DNA of 64,000 nt. It comes from Escherichia coli. GTDB lineage: Bacteria; Pseudomonadota; Gammaproteobacteria; Enterobacterales; Enterobacteriaceae. The position numbers and the translations under genes were made by a program. Positions 51,575 through 63,474 of the stretch are shown here, piece by piece. Under the pieces are notes generated by a model. It ran no database searches and had not been told where the DNA came from. It was given only the letters and a program-made list of their open reading frames with translations. The stretch is from NCBI RefSeq assembly GCF_044324875.1, contig NZ_CP172185.1; one strand, written 5' to 3'. How positions within the stretch are numbered: position 1 is the first letter of the stretch; every line of letters begins with the position of its first letter.

Positions 51575-51829
51575 TCACAACTCGATTTCAATATCGCCTT
51601 TTGCCCGGCAACAACAAGGCAAAATTTCCCCCGGCTGAATAAAGGCTAACGGTTCGGCAATCCAGTCCACCTGGCCTGCAACAAGGCGCGTGCGACAGGA
51701 ACCGCAGTAACCTTCGCGGCACTGGTACTCAACCGCCACATTGTGGGATTCCAGCGCCGCCAGAAGGGAAGGGTGTTCATCCTGGCACAGCAGTTGTGTG
51801 CCAGTGATGCGCAGGGTAATGCGAGCCAT
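51575..51829 (-). CDS. yfaE: 2Fe-2S ferredoxin YfaE (ribonucleotide reductase cofactor maintenance)
   Basis: 84 aa with Cys motif CREGYCGSC...CC; start overlaps the nrdB stop. Confidence 0.88.
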   Translation of the reverse strand: MARITLRITGTQLLCQDEHPSLLAALESHNVAVEYQCREGYCGSCRTRLVAGQVDWIAEPLAFIQPGEILPCCCRAKGDIEIEL

Positions 51830-52959
51830 CAGAGCTGGAAGTTACTCAAATCGTCGGTGTCCACTTCCGAGTCAATCTGCCCGACCAGATAAGAACTGAC
51901 TTCCACTTCCTGCGGAGCAACCTGCACGTTATCAGACACCAGCCAGGTATTGATCCACGGGATCGGGTTGGAGCGAGTCTGGAACGGCAGATCCAAACCG
52001 ACTGCCTGCATGCGGATATTGGTGATGTATTCAACGTACTGGCAGAGAATGTCTTTATTCAGACCAATCATCGAACCGTCACGGAACAGATAATCCGCCC
52101 AGTCTTTCTCTTGCTGTGCCGCCTGGACAAACAGGTCATAGCATTCCTGCTTACATTCTTCGGCAATTTCCGCCATCTCCGGATCATCCGCGCCGCTGCG
52201 CAGCAGATTCAGCATATGCTGAGTACCGGTCAGGTGCAGGGCTTCATCGCGGGCAATCAGGCGAATAATTTTGGCGTTACCTTCCATCAGTTCGCGTTCT
52301 GCAAAGGCAAAGGAACAAGCAAAGCTGACGTAGAAGCGGATCGCTTCCAGCGCGTTAACGCTCATCAGGCAGAGATACAGTTTTTTCTTCAGCTCGCGCA
52401 GGCTAACGGTTACGGTTTTACCGTTAACGGTGTGGGTACCTTCGCCCAGCAGATGCCAGTAGCTGGTCATTTCGATCAGCTCATCGTAATAGCTGGAGAT
52501 CCCTTCCGCACGTTTCTGGATCTGCTCGTTGGTGACGATATCATCAAACACAACGGACGGATCGTTAACGATATTACGAATGATATGGGTATAAGAACGA
52601 GAGTGAATGGTTTCTGAGAACGCCCAGGTTTCGACCCAGGTTTCCAGTTCAGGGATCGAGATCAGCGGCAGCAGTGCCACGTTCGGGCTGCGACCCTGAA
52701 TGGAGTCCAGCAACGTCTGATATTTCAGGTTGCTGATAAAGATGTGTTTTTCGTGTTCAGGCAGTGCCTGGTAATCGATACGGTCACGAGAAACGTCAAC
52801 TTCTTCCGGACGCCAGAAGAAAGAGAGCTGCTTTTCGATCAGCTTTTCGAAGATGTCATATTTTTGCTGATCGTAGCGAGCCACGTTGACCGGCTGACCA
52901 AAGAACATCGGTTCTTTGAGCTGATCATTTTTCGTCTGTGAAAAGGTGGTATATGCCAT
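51829..52959 (-). CDS. nrdB: Ribonucleoside-diphosphate reductase 1 beta subunit (di-iron/tyrosyl radical)
   Basis: 376 aa from [17 protein letters not shown]; ferritin-like di-iron fold. The ORF track's longer 5' extension runs into the REP spacer and was not used. Confidence 0.92.
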
Positions 52960-52981
52960 GAATGTGTCCTGTTGGGAGTTT

Positions 52982-53100
52982 AATGCCGGATAAGGCATTT
53001 TACGCCGCATCCTGTGCCTGATGCGACGCTGGCGCGTCATATCAGGCCTACAAACCGAGCCGTATGCCGGATAAGGCGTTCACGCCGCATCCGGCATCTC
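52982..53100. repeat. REP/BIME cluster in the nrdA-nrdB spacer
   Basis: Two or more REP-type palindromes (gccggataaggc...gccgcatcc, gcctgatgcgacgctggcgcgtcatatcaggcctac). Confidence 0.75.
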
Positions 53101-53104
53101 AATA

Positions 53105-55390
53105 TCAGATCTTACATGCGCCGCTTTCGCAGCCATCGTCCTGGATTGACGGCACCAGATCGTCTTGTGCGTCTTCAGCGCCGTCACGGGTGTTCTGATA
53201 ATACAGCGTTTTGACCCCGAATTTGTAGGCGGTGAGCAGGTCTTTCAGCAACTGCTGCATCGGCACTTTTCCTGACGGGAAGCGTGACGGATCGTAGTTG
53301 GTGTTAGCAGAGATCGACTGATCGATAAATTTCTGCATGATACCCACCAGTTGCAGGTAGCCATCGTTACCCGGCATTTCCCACAGCAGCTCATAGGCGT
53401 CGTGCAGATGCTCGTAGTCCGGCACCACCTGGCGCAGAATACCGTCTTTCGACGCTTTGATGCTGACGTAACCACGCGGCGGTTCAATACCGTTAGTGGC
53501 GTTAGAGATCTGCGAAGAGGTCTCGGACGGCATCAGAGCAGAAAGCGTGGAGTTACGCAGGCCGTGCGTTTTGATTGACTCACGCAGTGCTTCCCAGTCG
53601 TAATGCAGCGGCTCATTAGCGATGGCATCCAGATCTTTCTTATAGGTATCGATCGGCAGGATCCCTTTCGCGTAAGTGGTTTCGTTAAACCACGGGCACG
53701 CGCCTTGCTCTTTCGCCAGCTCGTTAGACGCTTTCAGCAGGTAATACTGAATGGCTTCGAAGGTTTTATGCGTCAGGTTGTTGGCGCTGCCGTCGGAGTA
53801 GCGTTTACCGTGCTTCGCCAGGTAGTAAGCGAAGTTGATCACACCAATCCCCAGCGTACGGCGACCCATCGCCCCGCGTTTGGCGGCCGGGATCGGGTAA
53901 TCCTGATAATTCAGCAGCGCGTCGAGTGCGCGTACCGCCAGAATTGCCAGCTCTTCCAGTTCATCCAGGCTGTTAATTGCGCCCAGGTTGAAAGCAGACA
54001 GCGTACAGAGCGCGATTTCACCGTTCTCGTCGTTGACGTCGTTCAGCGGTTTGGTCGGCAGGGCGATCTCCAGGCACAGGTTAGACTGGCGCACTGGCGC
54101 GATGGCCGGATCAAACGGGCTATGGGTATTGCAGTGGTCAACGTTCTGAATATAGATACGACCGGTAGACGCACGTTCCTGCATCATCAGCGAGAACAGC
54201 TCAACGGCTTTCACACGCTGCTTGCGGATGCTGTCGTCTTTCTCATATTTGGTATACAGACGTTCAAACTCTTCCTGATCGGCGAAGAACGCGTCGTACA
54301 GCCCCGGTACGTCGGACGGGCTGAACAGGGTGATATCTTCACCTTTCAGCAGACGGGTATACATCAGTTTGTTGATTTGTACCCCGTAGTCCATATGACG
54401 CACGCGGTTGCCTTCCACCCCACGGTTGTTTTTCAACACCAGCAGGCTTTCAACTTCCAGATGCCACATCGGGTAGAACAGCGTTGCTGCACCGCCACGC
54501 ACACCGCCCTGAGAGCAGGATTTCACCGCTGTCTGGAAATGTTTGTAAAACGGAATACAGCCGGTGTGGAATGCTTCGCCACCGCGAATCGGGCTACCCA
54601 GCGCACGAATACGCCCGGCGTTGATGCCGATCCCGGCACGCTGGGAAACGTATTTAACAATCGCGCTGGAGGTGGCGTTAATGGAATCCAGGCTGTCGCC
54701 GCACTCGATCAGTACGCATGAGCTGAACTGACGAGTCGGGGTACGCACGCCGGACATGATTGGCGTCGGCAGCGAAATTTTAAATGTGGAAACCGCGTCG
54801 TAAAAACGCTTCACGTATTGCAGGCGCGTTTCACGCGGGTAGTTCGAGAACAGGCACGCGGCAACCAGAATATAAAGGAACTGGGCGCTTTCATAGATTT
54901 CGCCGGTCACGCGGTTCTGTACCAGATATTTGCCTTCCAGCTGCTTAACGGCAGCATAAGAGAAGGTCATATCACGGTCGTGATCGATAAACGTGTCCAT
55001 CTGCTTGAACTCTTCTTCCGTGTAGTCTTCCAGCAGATGATTATCGTATTTGCCCATCTCGACCATTTTCACCACGTGGTCGTACAGCGCAGGCGGCTCA
55101 AACTGACCGTAGGCTTTTTTACGCAGGTGGAAGATCGCCAGGCGCGCGGCGAGATACTGATAATCCGGCGCATCACGGGAGATCAGGTCTGCGGCAGCCT
55201 TAATAATGGTTTCGTGGATGTCAGAGGTCTTGATACCGTCATAAAACTGAATGTGGGAGCGCAGTTCGACCTGGGAAATAGAAACGTTATGCAGTCCTTC
55301 TGCCGCCCAATCCAGAACGCGATGGATTTTGTCGAGATTGATGCGCTCTGTGCTACCGTCGCGCTTTGTCACCAGCAGATTCTGATTCAT
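53105..55390 (-). CDS. nrdA: Ribonucleoside-diphosphate reductase 1 alpha subunit
   Basis: 761 aa; N-terminal ATP-cone and class Ia catalytic domain. Confidence 0.95.
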   Translation of the reverse strand: MNQNLLVTKRDGSTERINLDKIHRVLDWAAEGLHNVSISQVELRSHIQFYDGIKTSDIHETIIKAAADLISRDAPDYQYLAARLAIFHLRKKAYGQFEPPALYDHVVKMVEMGKYDNHLLEDYTEEEFKQMDTFIDHDRDMTFSYAAVKQLEGKYLVQNRVTGEIYESAQFLYILVAACLFSNYPRETRLQYVKRFYDAVSTFKISLPTPIMSGVRTPTRQFSSCVLIECGDSLDSINATSSAIVKYVSQRAGIGINAGRIRALGSPIRGGEAFHTGCIPFYKHFQTAVKSCSQGGVRGGAATLFYPMWHLEVESLLVLKNNRGVEGNRVRHMDYGVQINKLMYTRLLKGEDITLFSPSDVPGLYDAFFADQEEFERLYTKYEKDDSIRKQRVKAVELFSLMMQERASTGRIYIQNVDHCNTHSPFDPAIAPVRQSNLCLEIALPTKPLNDVNDENGEIALCTLSAFNLGAINSLDELEELAILAVRALDALLNYQDYPIPAAKRGAMGRRTLGIGVINFAYYLAKHGKRYSDGSANNLTHKTFEAIQYYLLKASNELAKEQGACPWFNETTYAKGILPIDTYKKDLDAIANEPLHYDWEALRESIKTHGLRNSTLSALMPSETSSQISNATNGIEPPRGYVSIKASKDGILRQVVPDYEHLHDAYELLWEMPGNDGYLQLVGIMQKFIDQSISANTNYDPSRFPSGKVPMQQLLKDLLTAYKFGVKTLYYQNTRDGAEDAQDDLVPSIQDDGCESGACKI

Positions 55391-55467
55391 GTATGTCGTA
55401 CCTGTTTTTGGAATTCTTTCCGCAATAGTTTCATGCAGACTACCTGTAGTGAGGGAAGCTGCTTAGA

Positions 55468-55513
55468 ACACTATATATAGGGGGTATGTTTGGGATTCAC
55501 TGCAAGATAGTGT
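55468..55513 (-). promoter_or_regulatory. Candidate NrdR boxes in the nrdAB promoter region
   Basis: acactatatatagggg matches 14 of 16 positions of the NrdR palindrome acaCwAtATaTwGtgt as I recall it; a weaker half-site (atagtgtg) lies about 30 bp away. Confidence 0.5.
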
Positions 55514-56085
55514 GAAAATGGCCCTCTTGCAAGTGCATAACTTTGTGGATAACTCAGGAAGGAAAAAGTGGCTTTCGCGCACCTTAGGTCAGACAAGGTG
55601 TCCGGGAAAGTCAATGGGAAGAGAAAAATTTGTTAAAAATAACTGTTCGGCGATTTCTTGAACGGAAGAATAGGTTAGATAAATTGATATAGATGGTTTA
55701 TTAATCTTTTGGCTAATGATTGCAAAAATTGATCTAAGCACGAGTCATCACATAATCTGATGTATCAGTTATGGTCAATATATAAGCGAATGTAAGCGAT
55801 TGTTGATATCGAAATGGTTGTTTTCTCTTCGGTTGTTGTTAAATGCGAAGCCATTTTGTTAATTTACCTTATATTATAAGAAAATTATTCATTACTTTAA
55901 TTCAGTTTAAACATAACTGATATCCCTTAAGGTGATTAACTTGAATTATGACGCACTGATATTATTCATGAAATAATAACAAAATAGCCATTGCACCGGG
56001 TTGAACAATTTACAAAAGAAAAATAACCCATATCGTATAATGCGATTAAATATGCCGTCTTATAGAAAATGATGGTCAGATTAAT

Positions 56086-59000
56086 ATGCGGATTATTTTT
56101 CTACGCAAGGAGTATTTATCTTTACTCCCGTCAATGATTGCATCTCTTTTCTCTGCTAACGGTGTCGCGGCGGTCATTGATTCATGTCAGGGATATGATA
56201 TCAAAGCGAGTTGTCACGCCAGCAGGCAAAGCCTTTCAGGCATTACGCAGGACTGGAGCATCGCCGATGGGCAATGGCTGGTTTTTTCGGATATGACCAA
56301 TAACGCCAGCGGTGGGGCCGTATTTTTGCAACAAGGAGCGGAGTTTTCTCTATCGCCAGAAAATGAAACTGGAATGACTCTGTTTTCCAATAATACTGTC
56401 TCAGGAGAATATAATAACGGCGGGGCAATATTTGCTAAAGAAAACTCAACGCTGAATCTTACTAATGTTATTTTTTCCGATAACGTTGCAGGTGGCTATG
56501 GTGGCGCAATCTATTCTTCTGGTACTAACGATACCGGTGTCGTCGATTTAAGTGTCACTAACGCCGTGTTTCGCAATAACATCGCTAATGACGGCAAAGG
56601 TGGTGGAATTTATACCATCAACAATGACGTCTATTTAAGTAAAGTTATTTTTGATAACAACCAGGCATATACATCAACAAGTTACAGTGATGGCGATGGG
56701 GGTGCAATCGATGTCACCGATAATAATAGCGATATCACGCATCCGTCAGGTTTCACAATAATAAATAACACCGCATTTACAAATAACACTGCCGAAGGTT
56801 ATGGTGGGGCAATTTATACCAATAGCGTGTCGGCTCCCTATCTTATTGATATTTCGATTGATGACAGCTACAGCCAGAACGGCGGCGTGTTAATCGATGA
56901 GAACAATAGCGCGGCAGGTTATGGGGATGGTCCTTCCACTGCGGCGGGCGGCTTTATGTATCTCGGCTTAAGTGAAGTTACCTTTGATATTGCCGACGGA
57001 AAAACGCTGGTTATCGGCAATACAGAGAATGACGGAGCTGTTGACTCTATTGCTGGTACCGGGGTAATCACCAAAACAGGTTCCGGCGATCTGGTACTTA
57101 ATGCAGATAACAATGACTTTACTGGTGAGATGCAGATAGAAAACGGTGAAGTTACCCTGGGCCGCAGCAACTCCCTGATGAATGTCGGCGATACGCATTG
57201 CCAGGACGATCCGCAAGACTGCTATGGTCTGACGATAGGGAGTATTGATCAGTATCAGAATCAGGCTGAGCTAAACGTTGGCTCGACCCAACAAACTTTT
57301 GTGCACGCATTGACGGGCTTTCAGAATGGCACTTTAAATATCGATGCTGGTGGCAACGTTACTGTTAATCAGGGCAGTTTTGCTGGCACCATCGAAGGTG
57401 CTGGTCAGCTCACCATTGCGCAAAACGGCAGCTACGTGCTGGCAGGGGCTCAGTCGATGGCGCTAACTGGCGATATAGTCGTTGATGATGGCGCGGTGCT
57501 TACGCTGGAAGGCGACGCGGCAGATCTTGCCGCTCTCCAGGACGATCCGCAGTCGATCGTGTTAAACGGCGGTGTGCTTGATCTCTCTGATTTCGCCACC
57601 TGGCAGAGCGGCACATCATACAACGATGGCCTTGCAGTCAGCGGCAGCGGCGGTACGGTTATCGGCAGTCAGGATGTGGTGGATCTCGCAGGGGGCGACA
57701 ATTTGCATATCGGCGGCGACGGGAAAGATGGCGTCTACGTGGTGATCGATGCGGGCGACGGGCTGGTTAGCCTGGCAAACAATAATAGTTACCTGGGCAC
57801 CACGCAAATCGCTTCCGGTACGCTGGTGGTGAGCGACAACTCGCAGCTTGGAGATACCCATTGCAACCGCCAGGTTATCTTTACCGATAATCAACAAGAA
57901 AGCGTGATGGAGATTACTGCCAATGTCGATACTCGCTCTACAACGACTGAGCATGGGCGTGATATTGAAATGCGCGCCGACGGTGAAGTGGCAGTTGATG
58001 CGGGGGTAGACACGCAGTGGGGCGGACTGATGGCTGACAGCAGCGGGCAGCATCAGGATGAGGGTAGCACATTGACTAAAACGGGGGCGGGTACGCTGGA
58101 ACTGACCGCCAGCGGTACGACGCAGTCGGCGGTACGTGTCGAAGAAGGCACCCTGAAAGGCGATGTTGCGGATATCTTCCCTTATGCTTCGTCGCTGTGG
58201 GTCGGTGACGGGGCAACATTCAAGACTGGCGCGGATCAGGATATTCAGTCAATTGATGCTACTTCCAGCGGCACTATCGACATCAGCGATGGTACGGTTT
58301 TGCGCCTGACCGGGCAGGATACTTCCGTCGCCCTTAATGCCTCACTGTTTAACGGCGATGGGACGCTGGTGAATGCCACCGATGGTGTGACGTTGACAGG
58401 TGAGCTTAATACCAACCTTGAAACTGACAGCCTGACTTATCTTTCCAACGTGACGGTTAATGGCAATCTGACCAATACGTCCGGTGCGGTTAGCCTGCAA
58501 AATGGCGTCGCTGGCGATACGCTGACGGTAAACGGTGATTATACCGGCGGCGGTACGCTACTGCTCGATAGCGAATTAAACGGCGATGACTCGGCAAGTG
58601 ACCAACTGGTGTTGAACGGTAATACTGCTGGCAACACGACCGTGGTAATTAATCCCATTACGGGTATTGGTGAGCCGACATCTACAGGCATTAAAGTGGT
58701 TGATTTCGCAGCTGATCCCACGCAGTTTCAAAACAATGCGCAGTTCAGTCTGGCAGGTAGTGGCTACGTCAATATGGGAGCGTATGACTACACGCTGGTG
58801 GAAGATAACAACGACTGGTATCTGCGATCGCAAGAAGTAACGCCGCCATCGCCACCTGATCCCGACCCGACTCCCGATCCTGATCCCACACCGGATCCCG
58901 ATCCAACACCCGACCCAGACCCTACGCCTGCTTACCAGCCGGTGCTGAATGCCAAAGTTGGTGGATATTTTAATAACCTGCGGGCGGCAAATCAGGCGTT

Positions 59001-59838
59001 TGTGATGGAGCGACACGATCACGCTGGTGGCAATGGTCAGACGCTGAATTTACGTGTTATCGGCGGAGATTATCATTACACAGCAGCGGGGCAACTGGCT
59101 CAGCATGAAGACACTTCTACGGTGCAGCTTAGCGGCGACTTGTTTAGCGGGCGCTGGGGCACGGATGGCGAGTGGATGCTTGGGGCGGTTGGTGGCTACA
59201 GTGATAACCAGGGCGACAGCCGCTCGAATATGACCGGAACTTGCGCCGATAACCAGAACCACGGTTATGCCGTTGGTCTGACCTCAAGCTGGTTTCAGCA
59301 CGGTAATCAGAAGCAGGGGGCCTGGCTGGATAGCTGGCTGCAATACGCGTGGTTTAACAATGATGTTTCCGAACATGAAGATGGCGCGGATCATTACCAC
59401 TCATCGGGGATTATCGCCTCGCTGGAAGCCGGGTATCAGTGGTTACCGGGGCGTGGTGTGGTGATTGAACCGCAGGCGCAGGTGATTTATCAGGGCGTGC
59501 AGCAGGATGATTTTACCGCCGCTAACCATGCGCGCGTGTCACAATCGCAGGGGGATGATATTCAGACGCGGCTGGGTTTACACAGCGAATGGCGTACCGC
59601 GGTTGGTGTCACACCAACATTAGATCTGAATTATTATCACGATCCCCATGCGACGGAAATTGAAGAAGATGGCAGCACTATCAGTGACGATGCGGTGAAG
59701 CAACGGGGTGAAATAAAAGTGGGAGTCACGGGCAATATCAGTCAGCGAGTGTCCCTGCGTGGTAACGTGGCGTGGCAGAAAGGGAGTGATGATTTTGCCC
59801 AGACGGCAGGGTTTTTGTCGATGACGGTGAAATGGTAA
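56086..59838 (+). CDS. yfaL: AIDA-I-type autotransporter adhesin YfaL
   Basis: 1250 aa; N-terminal signal sequence, Gly/Asn/Thr-rich beta-helix passenger, (PDPDPT)n linker and C-terminal beta-barrel ending in W. Confidence 0.9.
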   Translation: MRIIFLRKEYLSLLPSMIASLFSANGVAAVIDSCQGYDIKASCHASRQSLSGITQDWSIADGQWLVFSDMTNNASGGAVFLQQGAEFSLSPENETGMTLFSNNTVSGEYNNGGAIFAKENSTLNLTNVIFSDNVAGGYGGAIYSSGTNDTGVVDLSVTNAVFRNNIANDGKGGGIYTINNDVYLSKVIFDNNQAYTSTSYSDGDGGAIDVTDNNSDITHPSGFTIINNTAFTNNTAEGYGGAIYTNSVSAPYLIDISIDDSYSQNGGVLIDENNSAAGYGDGPSTAAGGFMYLGLSEVTFDIADGKTLVIGNTENDGAVDSIAGTGVITKTGSGDLVLNADNNDFTGEMQIENGEVTLGRSNSLMNVGDTHCQDDPQDCYGLTIGSIDQYQNQAELNVGSTQQTFVHALTGFQNGTLNIDAGGNVTVNQGSFAGTIEGAGQLTIAQNGSYVLAGAQSMALTGDIVVDDGAVLTLEGDAADLAALQDDPQSIVLNGGVLDLSDFATWQSGTSYNDGLAVSGSGGTVIGSQDVVDLAGGDNLHIGGDGKDGVYVVIDAGDGLVSLANNNSYLGTTQIASGTLVVSDNSQLGDTHCNRQVIFTDNQQESVMEITANVDTRSTTTEHGRDIEMRADGEVAVDAGVDTQWGGLMADSSGQHQDEGSTLTKTGAGTLELTASGTTQSAVRVEEGTLKGDVADIFPYASSLWVGDGATFKTGADQDIQSIDATSSGTIDISDGTVLRLTGQDTSVALNASLFNGDGTLVNATDGVTLTGELNTNLETDSLTYLSNVTVNGNLTNTSGAVSLQNGVAGDTLTVNGDYTGGGTLLLDSELNGDDSASDQLVLNGNTAGNTTVVINPITGIGEPTSTGIKVVDFAADPTQFQNNAQFSLAGSGYVNMGAYDYTLVEDNNDWYLRSQEVTPPSPPDPDPTPDPDPTPDPDPTPDPDPTPAYQPVLNAKVGGYFNNLRAANQAFVMERHDHAGGNGQTLNLRVIGGDYHYTAAGQLAQHEDTSTVQLSGDLFSGRWGTDGEWMLGAVGGYSDNQGDSRSNMTGTCADNQNHGYAVGLTSSWFQHGNQKQGAWLDSWLQYAWFNNDVSEHEDGADHYHSSGIIASLEAGYQWLPGRGVVIEPQAQVIYQGVQQDDFTAANHARVSQSQGDDIQTRLGLHSEWRTAVGVTPTLDLNYYHDPHATEIEEDGSTISDDAVKQRGEIKVGVTGNISQRVSLRGNVAWQKGSDDFAQTAGFLSMTVKW
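58855..58926 (+). repeat. Tandem repeat encoding a PDPDPT proline-rich linker within yfaL
   Basis: Repeated cc(t/c)ga(t/c)cc(n)ac(n) units encoding PDPDPTPDPDPTPDPDPTPDPDPTP. Confidence 0.8.
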
Positions 59839-59844
59839 TCGCTG

Positions 59845-59965
59845 TCTGACCGGCACTATTGCCGGATGCGGCGTAAACGCCTTATCTGGCCTACGGGAGC
59901 ATTTGTAGGCCTGATAAGACGCGGCAAGCGTCGCATCAGGCATTGGCACGGTTGCCGGATGAATC
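59845..59965. repeat. REP/BIME cluster between yfaL and ubiG
   Basis: REP-type palindromes (gccggatgcggcgtaaacgccttatctggcctac, gcctgataagacgcggcaagcgtcgcatcaggc). Confidence 0.75.
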
Positions 59966-59977
59966 CAAACAACAACC

Positions 59978-60700
59978 TCACTTATTCTGCGTGTGCAGCA
60001 TATAGTTCACATCGACGCCGGGGCCGAGCTTAAAGGAATTAGTGATCGGGTTGTAATGCAGCCCGGTTATATGTCGCTCTTTTAAACTGGTCTGATCCAC
60101 CCAGCCCAGCAGTTCTGCCGGTTTTATAAATTTCTTCACGTCGTGCGTACCTTTGGGCACCATGCGCAAAATATATTCCGCGCCAACCACCGCCATCAGC
60201 CATGACTTGCCGTTGCGGTTAAGCGTTGAGAAAAAGACATCGCCGCCCGGTTTCACCAGTTGCGCACAGGCTCTGACCACTGACTGCGGATCGGGAACGT
60301 GCTCCAGCATCTCCATGCAGGTCACCACATCATACTGCCCGGCATGTTTTGCCGCGTGCTCTTCCACGGTTTCCTGCACGTACTCTACCTGAATGCCACT
60401 TTCCAGCGCGTGCAACTTTGCCACCTGCAATGGCTCAAAGCCCATATCCAGACCGGTCACCGTCGCGCCTTCGCGCGCCATACTCTCGGCCAGAATGCCG
60501 CCGCCACAACCGACATCGAGCACCTTTTTGCCAAATAAACCGCCAGCACGCTCGGCAATATAGCCCAGACGCAGCGGGTTAATGCGGTGCAGCGGTTTGA
60601 ACTCACCTTCAAGATCCCACCAGCGGGAGGCGACAGCTTCAAATTTAGCGATCTCTTCGTGGTCTACGTTATGGTTTACCGGCGATTTTTCGGCATTCAT
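59978..60700 (-). CDS. ubiG: Ubiquinone biosynthesis O-methyltransferase
   Basis: 240 aa from [14 protein letters not shown]-binding motif VLDVGCGGG; the ORF track extends 16 codons upstream. Confidence 0.92.
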   Translation of the reverse strand: MNAEKSPVNHNVDHEEIAKFEAVASRWWDLEGEFKPLHRINPLRLGYIAERAGGLFGKKVLDVGCGGGILAESMAREGATVTGLDMGFEPLQVAKLHALESGIQVEYVQETVEEHAAKHAGQYDVVTCMEMLEHVPDPQSVVRACAQLVKPGGDVFFSTLNRNGKSWLMAVVGAEYILRMVPKGTHDVKKFIKPAELLGWVDQTSLKERHITGLHYNPITNSFKLGPGVDVNYMLHTQNK

Positions 60701-60846
60701 TGGCACTTCTACTCCGTAATTGGCAAGACAAACGAGTATATCAGGCATTGGATGTGAATAAAGCGTATAGGTTTACCTCAAACTGCGCGGCTGTGTTATA
60801 ATTTGCGACCTTTGAATCCGGGATACAGTAGAGGGATAGCGGTTAG

Positions 60847-63474
60847 ATGAGCGACCTTGCGAGAGAAATTACACCGGTCAACATTGAGGAAGAGCTGAAG
60901 AGCTCCTATCTGGATTATGCGATGTCGGTCATTGTTGGCCGTGCGCTGCCAGATGTCCGAGATGGCCTGAAGCCGGTACACCGTCGCGTACTTTACGCCA
61001 TGAACGTACTAGGCAATGACTGGAACAAAGCCTATAAAAAATCTGCCCGTGTCGTTGGTGACGTAATCGGTAAATACCATCCCCATGGTGACTCGGCGGT
61101 TTATGACACGATCGTCCGTATGGCGCAGCCATTCTCGCTGCGTTACATGCTGGTAGACGGTCAGGGTAACTTCGGTTCCATCGACGGCGACTCTGCGGCG
61201 GCAATGCGTTATACGGAAATCCGTCTGGCGAAAATTGCCCATGAACTGATGGCCGATCTCGAAAAAGAGACGGTCGATTTCGTTGATAACTATGACGGCA
61301 CGGAAAAAATTCCGGACGTCATGCCAACCAAAATTCCTAACCTGCTGGTGAACGGTTCTTCCGGTATCGCCGTAGGTATGGCAACCAACATCCCGCCGCA
61401 CAACCTGACGGAAGTTATCAACGGTTGTCTGGCGTATATCGATGATGAAGACATCAGCATTGAAGGGCTGATGGAACACATCCCGGGGCCGGACTTCCCG
61501 ACGGCGGCAATCATCAACGGTCGTCGCGGTATTGAAGAAGCTTACCGTACCGGTCGCGGCAAGGTATATATCCGCGCCCGTGCTGAAGTGGAAGTTGACG
61601 CTAAAACCGGACGTGAAACCATTATCGTCCACGAAATTCCGTATCAGGTAAACAAAGCGCGCCTGATCGAGAAGATTGCGGAACTGGTAAAAGAAAAACG
61701 CGTGGAAGGCATCAGCGCGCTGCGTGACGAGTCTGACAAAGACGGTATGCGCATCGTGATTGAAGTGAAACGCGATGCGGTCGGTGAAGTTGTGCTTAAC
61801 AACCTCTACTCCCAGACCCAGTTGCAGGTTTCTTTCGGTATCAACATGGTGGCATTGCATCATGGTCAGCCGAAGATCATGAACCTGAAAGACATCATCG
61901 CGGCGTTTGTTCGTCACCGCCGTGAAGTGGTGACCCGTCGTACTATTTTCGAACTGCGTAAAGCTCGCGATCGTGCTCATATCCTTGAAGCATTAGCCGT
62001 GGCGCTGGCGAACATCGACCCGATCATCGAACTGATCCGTCATGCGCCGACGCCTGCAGAAGCGAAAACTGCGCTGGTGGCTAATCCGTGGCAGCTGGGC
62101 AACGTTGCCGCGATGCTCGAACGAGCGGGCGATGATGCTGCGCGTCCGGAATGGCTGGAACCAGAGTTCGGCGTGCGCGATGGTCTGTACTATCTGACCG
62201 AACAGCAAGCCCAGGCAATTCTGGATCTGCGTCTGCAGAAACTGACCGGTCTTGAGCACGAAAAACTGCTCGACGAATACAAAGAGCTGCTGGATCAGAT
62301 CGCAGAACTGCTGCGTATTCTTGGCAGTGCCGATCGTCTGATGGAAGTGATCCGCGAAGAGCTGGAACTGGTTCGTGAACAGTTCGGTGACAAACGTCGT
62401 ACTGAAATTACTGCCAACAGCGCCGACATCAACCTGGAAGATCTGATCACCCAGGAAGATGTGGTCGTGACGCTCTCTCACCAGGGCTACGTGAAGTATC
62501 AGCCGCTTTCTGAATACGAAGCGCAGCGTCGTGGCGGGAAAGGTAAATCTGCCGCACGTATTAAAGAAGAAGACTTTATCGACCGACTGCTGGTGGCGAA
62601 CACCCACGACCATATTCTGTGCTTCTCCAGCCGTGGTCGCGTCTATTCGATGAAAGTCTATCAGTTGCCGGAAGCCACTCGTGGCGCGCGCGGTCGTCCG
62701 ATCGTCAACCTGCTGCCGCTGGAGCAGGACGAACGTATCACTGCCATCCTGCCGGTGACCGAGTTTGAAGAGGGCGTGAAAGTCTTCATGGCGACCGCTA
62801 ACGGTACCGTGAAGAAAACTGTCCTCACCGAGTTCAACCGTCTGCGTACCGCCGGTAAAGTGGCGATCAAACTTGTTGAAGGCGATGAGCTGATCGGCGT
62901 TGACCTGACCAGCGGCGAAGACGAAGTAATGCTGTTCTCCGCCGAAGGTAAAGTGGTGCGCTTTAAAGAGTCTTCTGTCCGTGCGATGGGCTGCAACACC
63001 ACCGGTGTTCGCGGTATTCGTTTAGGCGAAGGCGATAAAGTCGTCTCTCTGATCGTGCCTCGTGGCGATGGCGCAATCCTCACCGCAACGCAGAACGGTT
63101 ATGGTAAACGTACCGCAGTGGCGGAATACCCGACTAAGTCGCGTGCGACGAAAGGGGTTATCTCCATCAAGGTTACCGAACGTAACGGTTTAGTGGTTGG
63201 CGCGGTGCAGGTAGATGACTGCGACCAGATCATGATGATCACCGATGCCGGTACGCTGGTACGTACTCGCGTTTCGGAAATCAGCATCGTGGGCCGTAAC
63301 ACCCAGGGCGTGATCCTCATCCGTACTGCGGAAGATGAAAACGTAGTGGCTCTGCAACGTGTTGCTGAACCGGTTGACGAGGAAGATCTGGATACCATCG
63401 ACGGCAGTGCCGCGGAAGGGGACGATGAAATCGCTCCGGAAGTGGACGTTGACGACGAGCCAGAAGAAGAATAA
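60847..63474 (+). CDS. gyrA: DNA gyrase subunit A
   Basis: 875 aa; active-site and quinolone-resistance region ([20 protein letters not shown]) and acidic C-terminal tail. Confidence 0.97.
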   Translation: MSDLAREITPVNIEEELKSSYLDYAMSVIVGRALPDVRDGLKPVHRRVLYAMNVLGNDWNKAYKKSARVVGDVIGKYHPHGDSAVYDTIVRMAQPFSLRYMLVDGQGNFGSIDGDSAAAMRYTEIRLAKIAHELMADLEKETVDFVDNYDGTEKIPDVMPTKIPNLLVNGSSGIAVGMATNIPPHNLTEVINGCLAYIDDEDISIEGLMEHIPGPDFPTAAIINGRRGIEEAYRTGRGKVYIRARAEVEVDAKTGRETIIVHEIPYQVNKARLIEKIAELVKEKRVEGISALRDESDKDGMRIVIEVKRDAVGEVVLNNLYSQTQLQVSFGINMVALHHGQPKIMNLKDIIAAFVRHRREVVTRRTIFELRKARDRAHILEALAVALANIDPIIELIRHAPTPAEAKTALVANPWQLGNVAAMLERAGDDAARPEWLEPEFGVRDGLYYLTEQQAQAILDLRLQKLTGLEHEKLLDEYKELLDQIAELLRILGSADRLMEVIREELELVREQFGDKRRTEITANSADINLEDLITQEDVVVTLSHQGYVKYQPLSEYEAQRRGGKGKSAARIKEEDFIDRLLVANTHDHILCFSSRGRVYSMKVYQLPEATRGARGRPIVNLLPLEQDERITAILPVTEFEEGVKVFMATANGTVKKTVLTEFNRLRTAGKVAIKLVEGDELIGVDLTSGEDEVMLFSAEGKVVRFKESSVRAMGCNTTGVRGIRLGEGDKVVSLIVPRGDGAILTATQNGYGKRTAVAEYPTKSRATKGVISIKVTERNGLVVGAVQVDDCDQIMMITDAGTLVRTRVSEISIVGRNTQGVILIRTAEDENVVALQRVAEPVDEEDLDTIDGSAAEGDDEIAPEVDVDDEPEEE

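Noticed and set aside
53603-54721. 372-aa plus-strand ORF antisense to nrdA
   Set aside because: Antisense artefact within a highly conserved gene.
61009-61980. 323-aa minus-strand ORF antisense to gyrA
   Set aside because: Antisense artefact within gyrA.
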